This document shows, in pieces, positions 22,230 through 35,377 of a DNA stretch of 64,000 nt. The stretch covers positions 21,948,001 to 22,012,000 of the forward strand of contig OX442314.1 of the NCBI GenBank assembly GCA_949358305.1. The letters are read 5' to 3'. The notes beneath the pieces are model-generated. The model saw nothing but the letters and a program-made list of their open reading frames with translations. It was not told the origin of the DNA and did no database searches. Both the position numbers and the translations under genes were made by a program. Position 1 is the stretch's first letter, and every line of letters begins with the position of its first letter. This stretch comes from Strigamia acuminata (taxonomy: Eukaryota).

Positions 22230-25200
22230 TCAAGCGCCCGCTTTCAAACCAGCCTTTTGAATAGAGCTGATTTTATCCCCCAAACTTAAAGCCATTCCTT
22301 GGCTTTTGGCTCGGATGCGGATGTGGCCTGCAATTGAACCACCTACTGTTGGTTTTTCAATGCTTAAATTGGCAAGTGCGTCTTCACCAAAAATAGATCG
22401 TGCGTACAAATTGGCAGCCATAAAACCGCAATCACCGTTAAGGGCCTAGAAAATTAATAAAAATAAAATAAAAGTTCATATTTTTCAACAACAAATTTAC
22501 CTTGTCAGGAGTCAAACATTTCATATTAGTACATTTGATTAAATGAACCAAATAATCCTGCAGATCACTCATATTAGTGTGAACAGCAACCTAGAAAAAA
22601 AAATTAAGAAATTAAATAATTAAATAAAACTGAACTATTCGAACGTTTTTTAAATTTTTTTATTTTATTGTTTTAACCTTATTTTCCCATTCAAACTCGG
22701 CCCACATTTGTCTAAACTCAGTGTCAGTACACGAGGCTGGCACAATATAATCCATAATGTCGATATGAATATCGTTTAACACGACAACATTGCGATCGCT
22801 GGTGGATCCGCTCACATCGTACACGATATTTCCAAAAATTATCCCGTTCTCAGTCGACGCAACTTTCACATTCGCCTTAATGTTGCAAAAATCGTGCGGA
22901 CCCAACATAATGGGAGTCGGTTTTTCAACAAGTTTCAAATCACCTATAAAAACCAAAAACAAACAAAAAATTAATAATTTAGAAAACTTAAAAATAAAAT
23001 TCAAATTACCAAGCGTGGCCAACTCGAGAGTGCAATTCTGCAAAGTATCTCCAGTTTGATTCACAATCAAAACATCCAAAACAATGTCGTATTGATTGAC
23101 ATGAACGTACGCTTCGGCATAAACAGGATCGGAAAACCCCGTCAACTGACTAACTTTATTCAACTTGGTCGCGGTTGGATCGTACGACTCTTTCTTCCCA
23201 AGCCCCACGGCTTGTGACAAGCTCAAATCAAACATATTCTAAAAATAAAAACAAATATTAAAAATCTTTCCAAACATTTAAACAATTTAATAATTCATTT
23301 CGCACCTCGGTTCCCCCAACATCGGTTTTCGTCGCGAGTTGAATAAACTGAACAGGGTCATCAGCTTGCACAGAAACGCCCTTTTTCTCCTTCGCTTTAT
23401 TATTTCGCTCCTCCTCGGCCACTTTAACTTCCAACATGACGCTCAACGACCGTCGACATTCGTTATTAAACACATCGACCATCAGCGGCGAACGATCGGA
23501 CAAAACCTTAAGACAAAACGCAATTCGATCCACATCATCATCCGTTATATTCTAAAGATTTAAAAACAAATTAAATCAAATCAAATCAAATCAAATCTCC
23601 AATTTTCCTTACTTTCAACGCCAAACCCGATTTTCCCAAATGAATAATAGTCGCCATTATCAACATCGACTCCGCCACAATCGAATTCTGTTTGCGCTCA
23701 TCTTTAACCAACGACACGTAACGCAACGCCAATTTGGTCAAAGTGGTGGCCAAAGCTGCCCCGACGAAGAAATCGCCACTCAACAAATACGCTCTGAACG
23801 GCGGCTTTTCGTCCTGCTTTTTAGTCGTTGCAATCGTGCTAAAAGCCGACTGAGTCGCATATGTGCCGTCTGCGGTCACCAACTTTGCAACGCTTTGTTG
23901 AAAGTTGTCGTCTTTTTCGTCCTTCTCTCCGGCCATTCGCTGCAACTCATCATCAACCAACGGTACATCGCCGAGCGACTGTCGAATTTGTGTCATAACG
24001 TTCTGGATGTCGTCCACGCTGTTGGCGTATTCTCCCAAGATCCATAACGCCGCGCGATGAATTTTCACCGCTTTAATGCTCGAAAAGACTTCCAATAACT
24101 TGTTGATGATGATCGGACGAAGTTGTTCGAATCGCTGAATTGCTTCGCGAACGAAGACCAAAACATCGGCCGCTGCCAATTCGTTGTTATCGCTGAGAAA
24201 TTCCATCAACTAAATTTAAAAAAAAAAAATATTTTCTTAAGTTTTTTTTCTGTACAATATCTTACGAGTGTCGAACAATACTAACGAGTGGTATGACTGT
24301 AGTAGAGACGTCGGGAAATTTAACGCAACACGAATGCAAAGTTCGCACGAGCAATTGCCTGTATTTGCCCGTATCTTCGTGCTCGACGGTGTTGTGAGTT
24401 TTCGACACTTCTTTCTTAAGAACCAAGACCATTTCTTCCATATTTCTCGAAGAAACGAGGTCGAGCGATAAGTTCAACGTTTTACGCCTGACTTCCAAGT
24501 CTGGTGCCGACAAGACGCGTAGAATATCCATAACAAGATCCTAAAAACGACATTTTACGTTCAATTAATTAGTTAATGCGGTCGATGGCAATTATTTACG
24601 AAGATTAATCACCTGTAAAACCCTTTCATGTTGAGGAGATTCCTTCAGTGCAATAAGACGGTCCAGCACGATCAGTTTAACGTTGTTGTCGCTTTCTTTC
24701 ACTATCAGCTCGATGTAGCAACTCGCGGCTGCTTTGATTGCGGTTGGCGCACTGGATAAAGTCACCAATGTCCCCGCAGCTTCGTAACGCACAGCTGGGC
24801 TTGACGAATTTAGTAAATTGTAGATACAGCGAATGAAGCGGGAACGCTCGGTCGGATTCGCGTGACAAACCTTTAGAATTTTCAAATTAAATAAATGTTT
24901 TAAATGCAAAAATTGTCGTTTTTGGAGAAAAAATGTTAAAATATCTCACTTTGTAAATAAGCTCGACAATAACTAGTTGCAGAATGTCCCCGAACATGTG
25001 TACTTGATCGATACAACTGCTCAGATAATTAAGCGCTCGTTCCTGAAATTGAAAACAATTTAAGTCGCCATTTTAGATGTACGTAAATCAGTTTGATTTA
25101 CCTGATCAGCATGAATCAGCATCATAAAAGCATTTCGTTTGCATGACATATCTTGTTCTCCCTCTAAAAAATTGGCTATCAATTCCGGTGCGTCAGGGAT

Positions 25201-25829
25201 GAGAAATTCAAAATTTCTAATAACAAAAAAAAATATTAACAAACAAAACAATTATTTAGAGTAAAAAAAATAAATTCACCGATAAATTGTGTAAATAGCC
25301 AACACAGCATTGCGACGGACATACGAATGCCGATGTTCAAGGCAAACTCGAATTGCAGGCATAAGCGGTTCCAGCAATTCAGCTTCCTTCAATTTACACA
25401 GAAAACGAAGAGTGGAACCACGAATAAACTCATTTGGGTGTTGCAAATCCTGTATAACAATATTTTTTCACTTTAATTATTAACGGACAACCAATTATAT
25501 AATACTACCTTTCTGTAGGCGTCGCATACTAAAATCATTTCTTGTAATAACTTGCCATCCGTGGTCGTTTTGGGTACGATTTCCCAAAAGACAAGCAGCA
25601 ATTTCTTAATTGTGTGATCTTGCAATGGCAGAACAAATCTTATGATCGTCATTAGAAGTCCCGGCATTTTTTCGCCGTTTAGGATCAAGTAGATAGTCTT
25701 CTTAAGAGCGTCGATTTTGGTTTTAATATCTCCTTTTTCTAAATCTTGTTTCAAATGAACTTCTGTCGGTGGTTCCGAGTCCATCGGGACGTTGATTAGG
25801 GTGTAACATGGCTGATCTGTTACAGACAT
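22230..25829 (-). CDS. COPB1: Coatomer subunit beta (beta-COP)
   Basis: [53 protein letters not shown] and [18 protein letters not shown] in multiple GT-AG exons. Confidence 0.98.
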
Positions 25830-28379
25830 CCTGAAAGAAATGTGGATTTAAAGATGATCGAAAAGCATTTTGAGATCGTATTTTATACCTGAATATTTTT
25901 TATCGCGTCGGCTTTTAGATCAATAGCAATCTGCTCACAGCAAAAGGTTGTGTGTATGTTTACGTGGTAATCAGTGGACACATCAGCAGTTGATGCTAGA
26001 AGCCGAGAGAACGGAACTACGGGATTGAAGCTATAGGAAGAGCAGTGCACGATGTTGATGGCAGTGATTTGTAGTTTTAATTCGTCAAAGGAGATCAATT
26101 AATCGACAATTATAGAAATAAATGTATAAATGTGTTAATAAATACTAAATTTTTATATACGAAATATTTTAATTTAGAAAATAATTTTATTTTAGAAATT
26201 ATGCTGCTCTCTAGTGTCAATTATGTAAACCACTAAAGTTATAAAAGACCATTAGGTCTACTTTTTGTAAAATATAAAACAATAACATCAGCCGTGTGTT
26301 TGTTATGATGCAGATTTTGCTTGGTATAAAATTTCAAATTAATAAAAATACTAAAAAATAAGAACGACTAAAAGTCAGTTGCAAATTTTGTTCAATAGAT
26401 GCCGCGACCAACATGTTTACCAAATCACCACAGCAACATACAATACATTCATTCAACTTGCAGTAATAAATAAATTAATAAATAAATAGTCGTTCGAAAC
26501 ACAATAAGACTCTGGAATGAATACTCGGTACTGAAAAATGGAAAATCAAAAAGATTTGCAATTTATTCATTTCCAACATCGTCCGAAATGACGCGTTGTC
26601 ACGCATACAAATAATTACTCGATTTATTACGTCATTACATAACAGTTTGTCGCTCGGTTTGTCGCAAGTTTATAGTTAACTGCGCTGCCGTCTTTCGTGA
26701 ATAATAATAAACTATTCGAAGTACTGAGGGCTCGCCCGAGATGGCGCCAATGTTTTCAATAAAATATGCCGACAATTCAAATTAAAATTGATTATATCTC
26801 ATATTTTATTTTATAACCGCGTTTGGCATTCCAAACATTTAATAATTTTAATGGCTTTCGTTTCCATTTCAAGCAATTAAATAAAGAGTAACATTTTATA
26901 ATGTTTTTCTTCTCAATGTAATTCTTCAATGTTCGATTTATTGCTGAAGATTCGCACCTTCCTTGTTGTAAAGTTTTTACGTCATTTTTTTTTACTTTCT
27001 TACTTGGAACAATTAAATAAATTTACAAGAAAAAAAATTTATTGATTACATTTGGAACTTTAGTGAAATGTGTTTTCCCACAAGGCTACCATTTAATTCA
27101 ACATTTGCATTTCCTACAGCAATTCATACAATTTTATGAGTGTGGCTTTACACAAACACATTATCAGCATACAAACAGGTAATTTCCTCACTTTTTCCCC
27201 TAAATTATTTTCTCTCCTGCTATTATTTATGACAATTTGTATTCAAGACAAACCACAAGAATCTCCCTTACAAATTAATAGAAATAAATATTTTTTAAAC
27301 GTTAAAACACATGTTTTATTACAAAAGTACCGCTAAAACGAAAACATTTCACCATTTAACAATACCTGCATCACTATTTATGTTTAACGGCAACCGGTTG
27401 GGTTGTTAGATACGTCGGAAAAATCTCGCCCGCTTGTTATGAGAACAAGAAAAGCGATTGGCGTTATAAATCATCTTTAACAGTTAATAAATGTTCGGGT
27501 TTTATTTGTGCCGTGACTAATAAATTCACTTCAAAGGATCTTGTTAAAATTTCTCGATTTTCTAAAAATAATACCGTGGACTTTTATGAGTTGTGTTTGT
27601 TTAGAAAAAAAATTTACGACACCCCAATTATACGAATAAAAATAATAAAAATAAATAAAAATAAATACACGTGTAATTTGCTTAACCTACAAAAATTAGA
27701 TACTTACAATAAATAAATAAAAACAGCGTGGAAATGTGTGAAATAACACATTCCTCCCAACACCAAATAATTTCATACAAATTTAAACACGTCGTCAATG
27801 TCATTTCTCTTTAATGAATAAATATGCCCAATGACGTCAGTAATTTGGCCTTAATGACCCGGAACTAATCAAATACTCGATACAAAATACCGAAAGAAAA
27901 TAACGATATTTTTAGATCTTTTTAAATCTTTGTAAATCTTTTTAATCTACTTCACATATATAATTCGTGAAAAAAAAATGAATGAAATTTTTTTCTTCTC
28001 ATTTTACATTTATTCCGTTTTAAATTACAAACCCAAAAAAAAAATTCATTATATTAGAAAAACAAAAGTATTTGCAGTCTATAACGTTACTACTGTACTT
28101 CAAACTTCGTATTCAATGCGCATTGTAATTTGACTTATGGATTCATGTCTGCAACACGTAATAAATTTCAAATGTAACCATCACGGCGTGATGAGTTTTA
28201 GATTTATCCTGCTTGTCTAATCGAAAAGAATTGATGTTGGTTTCGTTTACTTATTGTTCCTTTCACACTTTTTTTATCCGGACTAAAAATAGTCATTTTT
28301 CACTTCACCTGGTGCGACCAAAATCACGTGACACTGGAGTTCCCGCCAAGCAAACACTTTGGGTGTCCTTCAGTCGAGT

Positions 28380-31300
28380 ATGATTCGACTAAGTGTGCAC
28401 TTGTGCTTGTCTATTCTTCTATTACAATTCTTCGTTCGTTCGCACCCTGTCAAAAATTCGTGTGAAAATGGACTAAATCGGAGTAAGTTGTATTTTCATT
28501 ATATCATTTTTATTTCCCCCCTTCGCTTCAAATTATTTATTTATCGAAGAAAATTTAAATTCAACACGCCGTATAATTCCGTAGTCAAAAAAATTTAACA
28601 CGTGAAATCCGAATTAATTGTTTTTATTTTTATTCCAAAATATAAAATTTAATTTAAAAAAAATAAATTCCGCAAATTCTTTTCATCAATTACACGTGAA
28701 AAGAATTTCTACTTTTTAACGTGAATCCTTACCTTGAACTCGCAAACTATTTCCGATACTTTCAGACTGACTGATCGTGACGAATAACAATTAGTAAATC
28801 TTTATTATGCACGACTCCATTTTGTTATGTTTTATTTTCATTTAAAAATATCAAAATCAAAATCAAAGCACATTTATTAATTTAAAAAAAAAAAAAACAA
28901 TAAATTTATTTATTTATTATTTTTTTAATAAATAAATAAATAAATAAAAACATGAAATGTACTCGGAAAGAAATGTTTAAAAATAAATGACACACAACAA
29001 CATGATTTTTAATCCATCTCCAAGAGTTTATAGCGGTTTTCCAACCCGTTGTGACATTACATCGAACAAGTTATAATTAACGTTCCATTCATCCCTTTAT
29101 CCAGAGCCCTATCTAAATAATTCATTAGGCCCTTTTGTGAGGTTGCTTCATAATTTTTCACGACTCACTGACCACCCAAACTTGACCAAAGGTCAAATAT
29201 TTAGCAAACACCATGCAGAGTCTCAATTTACAAAACAAACGAGGCTTCATCGCTCCATCGCGGCGAGAACATCGCGCGAGCACGAGCGAGAGCCCACGAT
29301 GTGTCCCGTTGACGTTTGAAAACTCATCGCGGCGATACGTTGGTTCTAGCGGCATCCAGTGGCAGGTGTAGTTTATCAAGAGATAACAAGTTCAAGTAGA
29401 GGGCAAGTGATGGGTCTTTCTGATTGGCCGGGCAAGCAGTGTTAGTTTTATAGCGATAAATAAGTCATTTTAGTGCTAGTTGAGGACACTAGGGTGTGTT
29501 GGCTCCGCGATTAGTCAAAGCGATTAGTCAAACCGCTGTGAATGAACTTGAAAAATGATGTCAGTTTGAGTGTGATGGCAGTTTAATAATTACTATATTT
29601 GTGTTGCGTTTTATTTTCAATGTTTTGTTTACTTACGCCATGCCCTTTTAGGAATTTCGGATTGTTTTCACGCCTTTTCTGGGAATGGCGGAGTGAAGAG
29701 GGCGCTGTTGGGTTTGGGAACGGTCTGGTTCTTTTGTGTTTGTATTGTGGCGGTTAGAAACGTTACAAGTAGGACGATATCGGATCACCCATTAAACCTT
29801 AACCTGTCGAGTGTCGTCTGGATTAATGTAAAATGTTGTGGCAACAGGAATTTTACGAGGTTGAACTTTTAATGTGAGGTTAACAGAAACAAGTTGTAGC
29901 AATGGTTCTTTTGACTTTTTAAAGACAATAGTGGCATGCATAAGATGTCTCAATAAGTAAACAGCTACTGACAACATGACCATAAATTCACATCAATTAG
30001 CACTTTACTGCTTCGCTTTGTTTTACAATGACACAAATTTTGAAAATTGCAAAAATAATAATAAAAAAAATAATGAAATGATAATTTATTCCAAGTCCAT
30101 CCATAGTTTTGCTGGGTGAACTAGCGACACTAAAAATCTTTATGTCCAAAATTCGGAATCTGTAAATTTTTACATATAGATTTGGATTGGATTCGGGAAG
30201 GTTAGTTATTAATTTTCTTATATTTTATTAGGCACATTCATAAATTTATTTAGACTAGACAGAATTTTAAACATATTTAAATTGCTTGTTTTGATCTAAT
30301 TTCAAAAATGGCCACAGTCTATTTGCTGTTGCAGACATTTAAACAACAAAACATGTTTAACTGCAAATTTAACGTGCATTTGTGAATAAATTATGTTTTT
30401 TGGGGGGTTTTCCTCAATTAGCAGGCAGTGTTAACTGTTAAACATCAAATAACAAGGTTTATTCTATATTAAAACAGCTGTGCACCTCCATTTATGAAAT
30501 AAGGAGCATCAAAGCAATAATCAAGGCAACAGAGCAAAGGAAATACAATAATGTCATCATATTTGCTTACTTTTTTAAAAAAGGGATTCTGAAACATTCA
30601 GCATTCGGCTTTGTCATACCACTAGATTAGGCTACTATTTGATAGCACTTCCGGTATTGTAATTTTCTCTTCTTCTGACGTTTAAGTTGGATTTATGTAA
30701 ATGAGAAATTTATCCGGTGGATTAAAGGGTGTAGACCTGTGTTCGTATGGTCTTCTTGCATATACAATCACTTTTTTTGCGCTGTTTGACATTATGCAAA
30801 CTTATCACATGTAACTTTAACAGTGGAATTTTCTAAATGTTTGCAAGTTGATTTCAGGGTCAAAAGTTAAATACACTTGTGACTTGTGAGGGCTGGCATA
30901 ATTCCTTTGAAAAGAATTTTTAAAACAGAATCTAAAGAGATATGAAATTAAATCGCAAATAACTTTTTGATTTGGGTAATCATTTAAAGTAAATGGCGGA
31001 AAAAGATGCGATTTTATCAAAAACAATTTACACCAATTTTGTGGAAAACAACCAAGGTCTTTCCTTCCTGGCGTCTGTATTTATCCTTAGCTGCTGAACC
31101 AGCCACCTTAAACCATAATCATACACAAAAACATATATTTACAAATTGGTAAATCGTGATTGTGCAATAAAACCCAGATCCTGTCTGATGCAAACACCTC
31201 AGTTGAATTAAATTATGGAAAAAACAACAAAATTATGGCAACAACAACAAAATTTATGGCAAAAACAACAAAATTTATGGCAAAAACAACAAAATTTATG

Positions 31301-33531
31301 GTAAAAACACAAAATTTATGGTAAAAATCAACAAAATTATGGCAAAACAACAAAATTTATGGTAAAAACAACAAAATTTATGGTAAAAACACAAAAATTT
31401 ATGGTAAAAACCAACAAAATTTATGGTAAAAACAACAAAATTTATGGTAAAAACAACAAATTATGTCAAAAACATTCAATGTTAACGTGGGGTTTTATTT
31501 CAATTCACAAGGTGTATCGTACCCGGAAGATATTCCACTGTTGAAACGTGTGACAGTGATTAATGTGAGGATCAAGTCTTGATCAGCACATAACCACTGC
31601 CCTAATGACTTGCGCGATAAAAAGTGCAAATACCAATTTGCATAGATTTGCAATTCGTATTTTGAAAATTCAGTTGGCTCGTGATTGTTGTAAACAATAA
31701 TGCAATAAATTAAAAGTCAGCAAAACATGTGGGGTAGTTAGTTCCTTTCCCCCCCATCTCCCGCCCACCATTTAGCAGATATCTCACGGCTCATTTCACA
31801 TTTTCACACTGTGTCTTGTGCTTTTAGATTCGTGTGTTCGGACATTGGACTACGATGAACATCTGAATCACATAGACGAATTTCTGTGTGGATCGCCCAC
31901 TCCACACTTCTTCCCAGCCGATAAAATAGACGAACTTAAATCTCAGTTGTTCAGGCATCACCTGATCCGAACCGATCTGGATCCGCACGGAACGATTCTT
32001 CACCGTTGCAGAAACTGCGGCTACTGTTCCAGCATCCACGAGAAATGCACGCACATGACGTCAGAGGTGGTCAATTTGGAGTTCCAAGCTTTCAAGTCCA
32101 ATCTAAGATTTCAAATCCAACTTGTCAACCATACCAGCTGCCATTGTGTCAATGTAAGTTAATCGGGTCAAGATTGTGATTTATTGATTGATTAAACAAC
32201 TTTTTACATTAAAAAGGTGAAATTGTAAATTTGAAAAGAAAAAATGACGCATTTTGGATCCAAAATGGAGATTAATCAAATAAAAATGTTGAGGATTTTA
32301 AGCAGAAATTGATTTTGTTATAATAATAATAATAATGATGATGAAAAATGAGTTGTGTGAGGTTATGTTTTCTTAGCCACATTCTTTTGAACATGAAAAC
32401 AAAATAAACACATGTGTTCAAAATACCAAGCTGAAACTAAAAGCCGAGATTTTTTCTTTTTTTGTTCTATCAAATTTATTGTCAAATGTCAATTTAATTT
32501 AAAGCTTCACCTTATTTTAAACTCAAAGTTACACCCATTACATGACTAATGTGTTCAAACTGTTTTTTAAGGTTAAAACTTAAACCTCTTTTTCATACCA
32601 TTATTTATACGCTTTTTTGTACATAGTTGTTTTTGTTTTTATAATTTTTTTATTATTATTATTATTATATATTATTGCGTTTTTTAATTTATTTCGTAAG
32701 TAAAAGTTGAGAAATTGTAAATTGTATACCCAGTTTACCTTTTTAAACTTTAAATTGTATTTTATATTAATTTAATAAAATGGCTTAAAGTGAGTTTTAA
32801 ATTAATTTATAATTTAATTTTATAACTGAAAACCAATGAAAGAATTATTAAATAATTTAAAAATTTAAAAAAATTCCAAAAAAAAAAAATCAAATGTAAT
32901 TTATTAATTAACTTTTATGTTGATGTTATTTTAAATCAAATTTTGCCACCAGAGTTCACCCGAGTAAAGAAAAAAATCCATTTTTCTTTGTTTTTCATTC
33001 TATTAAAAAACTTAAGAGACACTTCAAAGAGAATTTTTTCAGTTTAATTCAAATTTCTCAACTGAACTGATGAGGAAATAACACAGACAGGAAAACAGTT
33101 ATTTTACTTTATTTTATTATGTAATTAGAGATTTAGAGCACGCATGACTAGTGTATGAAAATGATATAATTGTTAAAAGTTAAACAAACTGTGAAACTAA
33201 ATATTCCAGGAGTCAGGCAGCTTACTGTCTGACTGCATGCATGTAACTTTGAGCTCAAATAACGAATCAAATTACAATCTGATAATTCATAATTCTTTTA
33301 AAATCAGCCAAAATGGTCACATGGGTCTCAAAAAATATGAATAACATTTCTAAACAATAAATCCTCTCTCATTTTTTTTTTGTGAAAATTATTAACAAAA
33401 TTTAATCCTGTATTTTGCAGATCAAAATGCCGAAATCAAACAACCGGAGCAGTCAGAATCGAAAAAAGAACAGGAAAAAGAAAAGGAAAAGATTGAGACC
33501 AAATGAGATGGAATTACGGCCCAATTCATGA
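28380..33531 (+). CDS. Secreted PDGF/VEGF-like cystine-knot protein (short form stops at 32162; long form adds exon 33421-33531)
   Basis: Exon 1 28380-28482 is a signal peptide (phase 1). Exon 2 from 31828 has LCGSPTP...PHGTILHRCRNCGYC...KC...NHTSCHC. Donor aat|gtaagt at 32153/32154 is in phase with a basic exon. Confidence 0.8.
31210..31465. repeat. ~21-22-bp tandem repeat (aaatttatggtaaaaacaaca)n
   Basis: Directly visible, in intron 1 of the PDGF/VEGF-like gene. Confidence 0.93.
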
Positions 33532-33974
33532 TGAAAATGTTAAGTTAGTTGCGAAGGAGTATAGAAACGTGAACACAATGCAAACCATGACATATCAACA
33601 TTTAAAAAAAAAAAAAAACATAACTGTAAAAATGTGCATTAGCAATTGCTTGATTTATTACTTGGAAAAACAAGACATCGAGGAGAAAAAAATGAATAAC
33701 AAAACTGTTGAAAGCGAAGACTAATACGCCCAGCATTGAAAAAATGCTGCTGAAACACTACCGTGAAAAAAAAATACAAGAAAATATTTTATTTTATTCT
33801 ATTAATTTTATTAGGTAATTATTATGGATGGTGGATCAAAAATATCTGGTCACTCACATTTTTGTATTGGGAAGTGAAGGCAGGGATGTAGAAAAGAAGG
33901 AAGGGAAATCAGGACGCCATCTTGATTAATCCGTGTTTCCAAACATGGCGTCTTTAGTTGACAATTCATTGACG

Positions 33975-34320
33975 CAGGGCCGGATTAAGGGGTCAGGGGG
34001 GCCCAGACAAGGGGGGTCCATGAATCAGAAACAGATTTATAGGTTCTCGCAGCTATCGAGAAAATTTTTGTTGTTCAAAAACGGTTTTTAGGATCTTTTT
34101 TTTTCAATTATGGTCCCAAAAAATGGCTGCAACCAGAATTTTCAAGAAAAATAAAGGCATTTGAAAGCAGAAAAATGCATTTTCATGTGAAAAAATGCAT
34201 ATTCCGGTCAATTAATGCATTTTTATGGGAAAAAATGCATTTTCAGACAAAAAAAAATCCATTTATGGACAAAAACATGCATTTTTACCAAGGGCCCCTT
34301 TCGAATCAGAAGGGCCAGAG
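33975..34320. mobile_element. Probable truncated hAT-type MITE
   Basis: Begins cagggccggattaaggg, with gggcccc motifs and internal aaaaatgcattt repeats; the second terminus is unclear. Confidence 0.4.
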
Positions 34321-35377
34321 CATTTACCACTTAAAATTTCATATTGCAGCTTAAACTCGTTGATTTCTTAACCAACTTTTCTACAATCTTGTTTAAAGTG
34401 ATATAATTAATAGATATTATTATGGTACTCAATTTTTTTAAATTAAGTATATTTATGTATATGATGAGAATAATGAATTTTAATGATTATTTTTAATCCT
34501 GCCTCTCATTTTATCTTTTCCACATCAAGTTGTTTTTTCCTTTTTTAAATGAGTGTTTTTCTATTTTCAGGAGTTAAAGGTTTCTAAAATATTTCCCCTC
34601 TTAGCTCTCAGATCCTTATCTACCTGCTACGTTAATAACGCTCCAGTAACGTTTATTTTTAATGCGCCGACGTTGTTTGGACGGGAATTAAGAATGTAAT
34701 GAGTGGCGTCTTAAAACAGAAACAAGGATCTAGCACAGGTTTAGTCAAGTTTTTTAACGGACCCTTCTGAGAATGCATTTGTTTTTTATACACGAAATTT
34801 ATCCTCCACTTTGTCTTGTCTTTGGATGTAAACAGCGCCAAATTAACGAATTTGTCTCTGAGGAAAGTGTCGCCTGTCCCTGCCCTTTTTTTCCCCTATT
34901 TTAAAACTTAAGACATTCAACACCAAATTTAACATGTGAGGCATATTTTTATGAATAGAATTAATTTTATTTAATGTGTTACTTTTAATTTATGTAACAG
35001 AAAAAAATAAATACAATCTATTTTTTTTCTTCCAAATATTTACAATGAAATAAAAAAAAATTGTACTGCCAGTGCATTTTTCAATTTTTCATATCTCTTA
35101 CCTCGTTGTTGTCAATGCAGGCGGCCATTTTTTAAGTTTCCCAGAATGCAGTATTATAGGTCCTGGATTCTACAACAGAGAGCAGTACTGTATTATTAAA
35201 AGTGAGCATAGAGCCTGCTGGTGGTAGAAATTGACAAACTATGAATTTAAAATGGCTGCGCCCACGTTAACTTAGTGAGTAGCAACATTAGTAAATTTGA
35301 GTTATATAAATTATCTTTCAAGAAGTTTAATATGTATTTTTATTTACAGATCAATATCTGCCACTTCAATTTTGACC

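Noticed and set aside
23339..24868. Plus-strand and alternative-frame ORFs over beta-COP
   Set aside because: Shadows of GC-richer coding exons.
33503..33724. 73-aa ORF MRWNYG...
   Set aside because: Out of frame with the splice-supported basic exon and otherwise looks like AT-rich 3' UTR.
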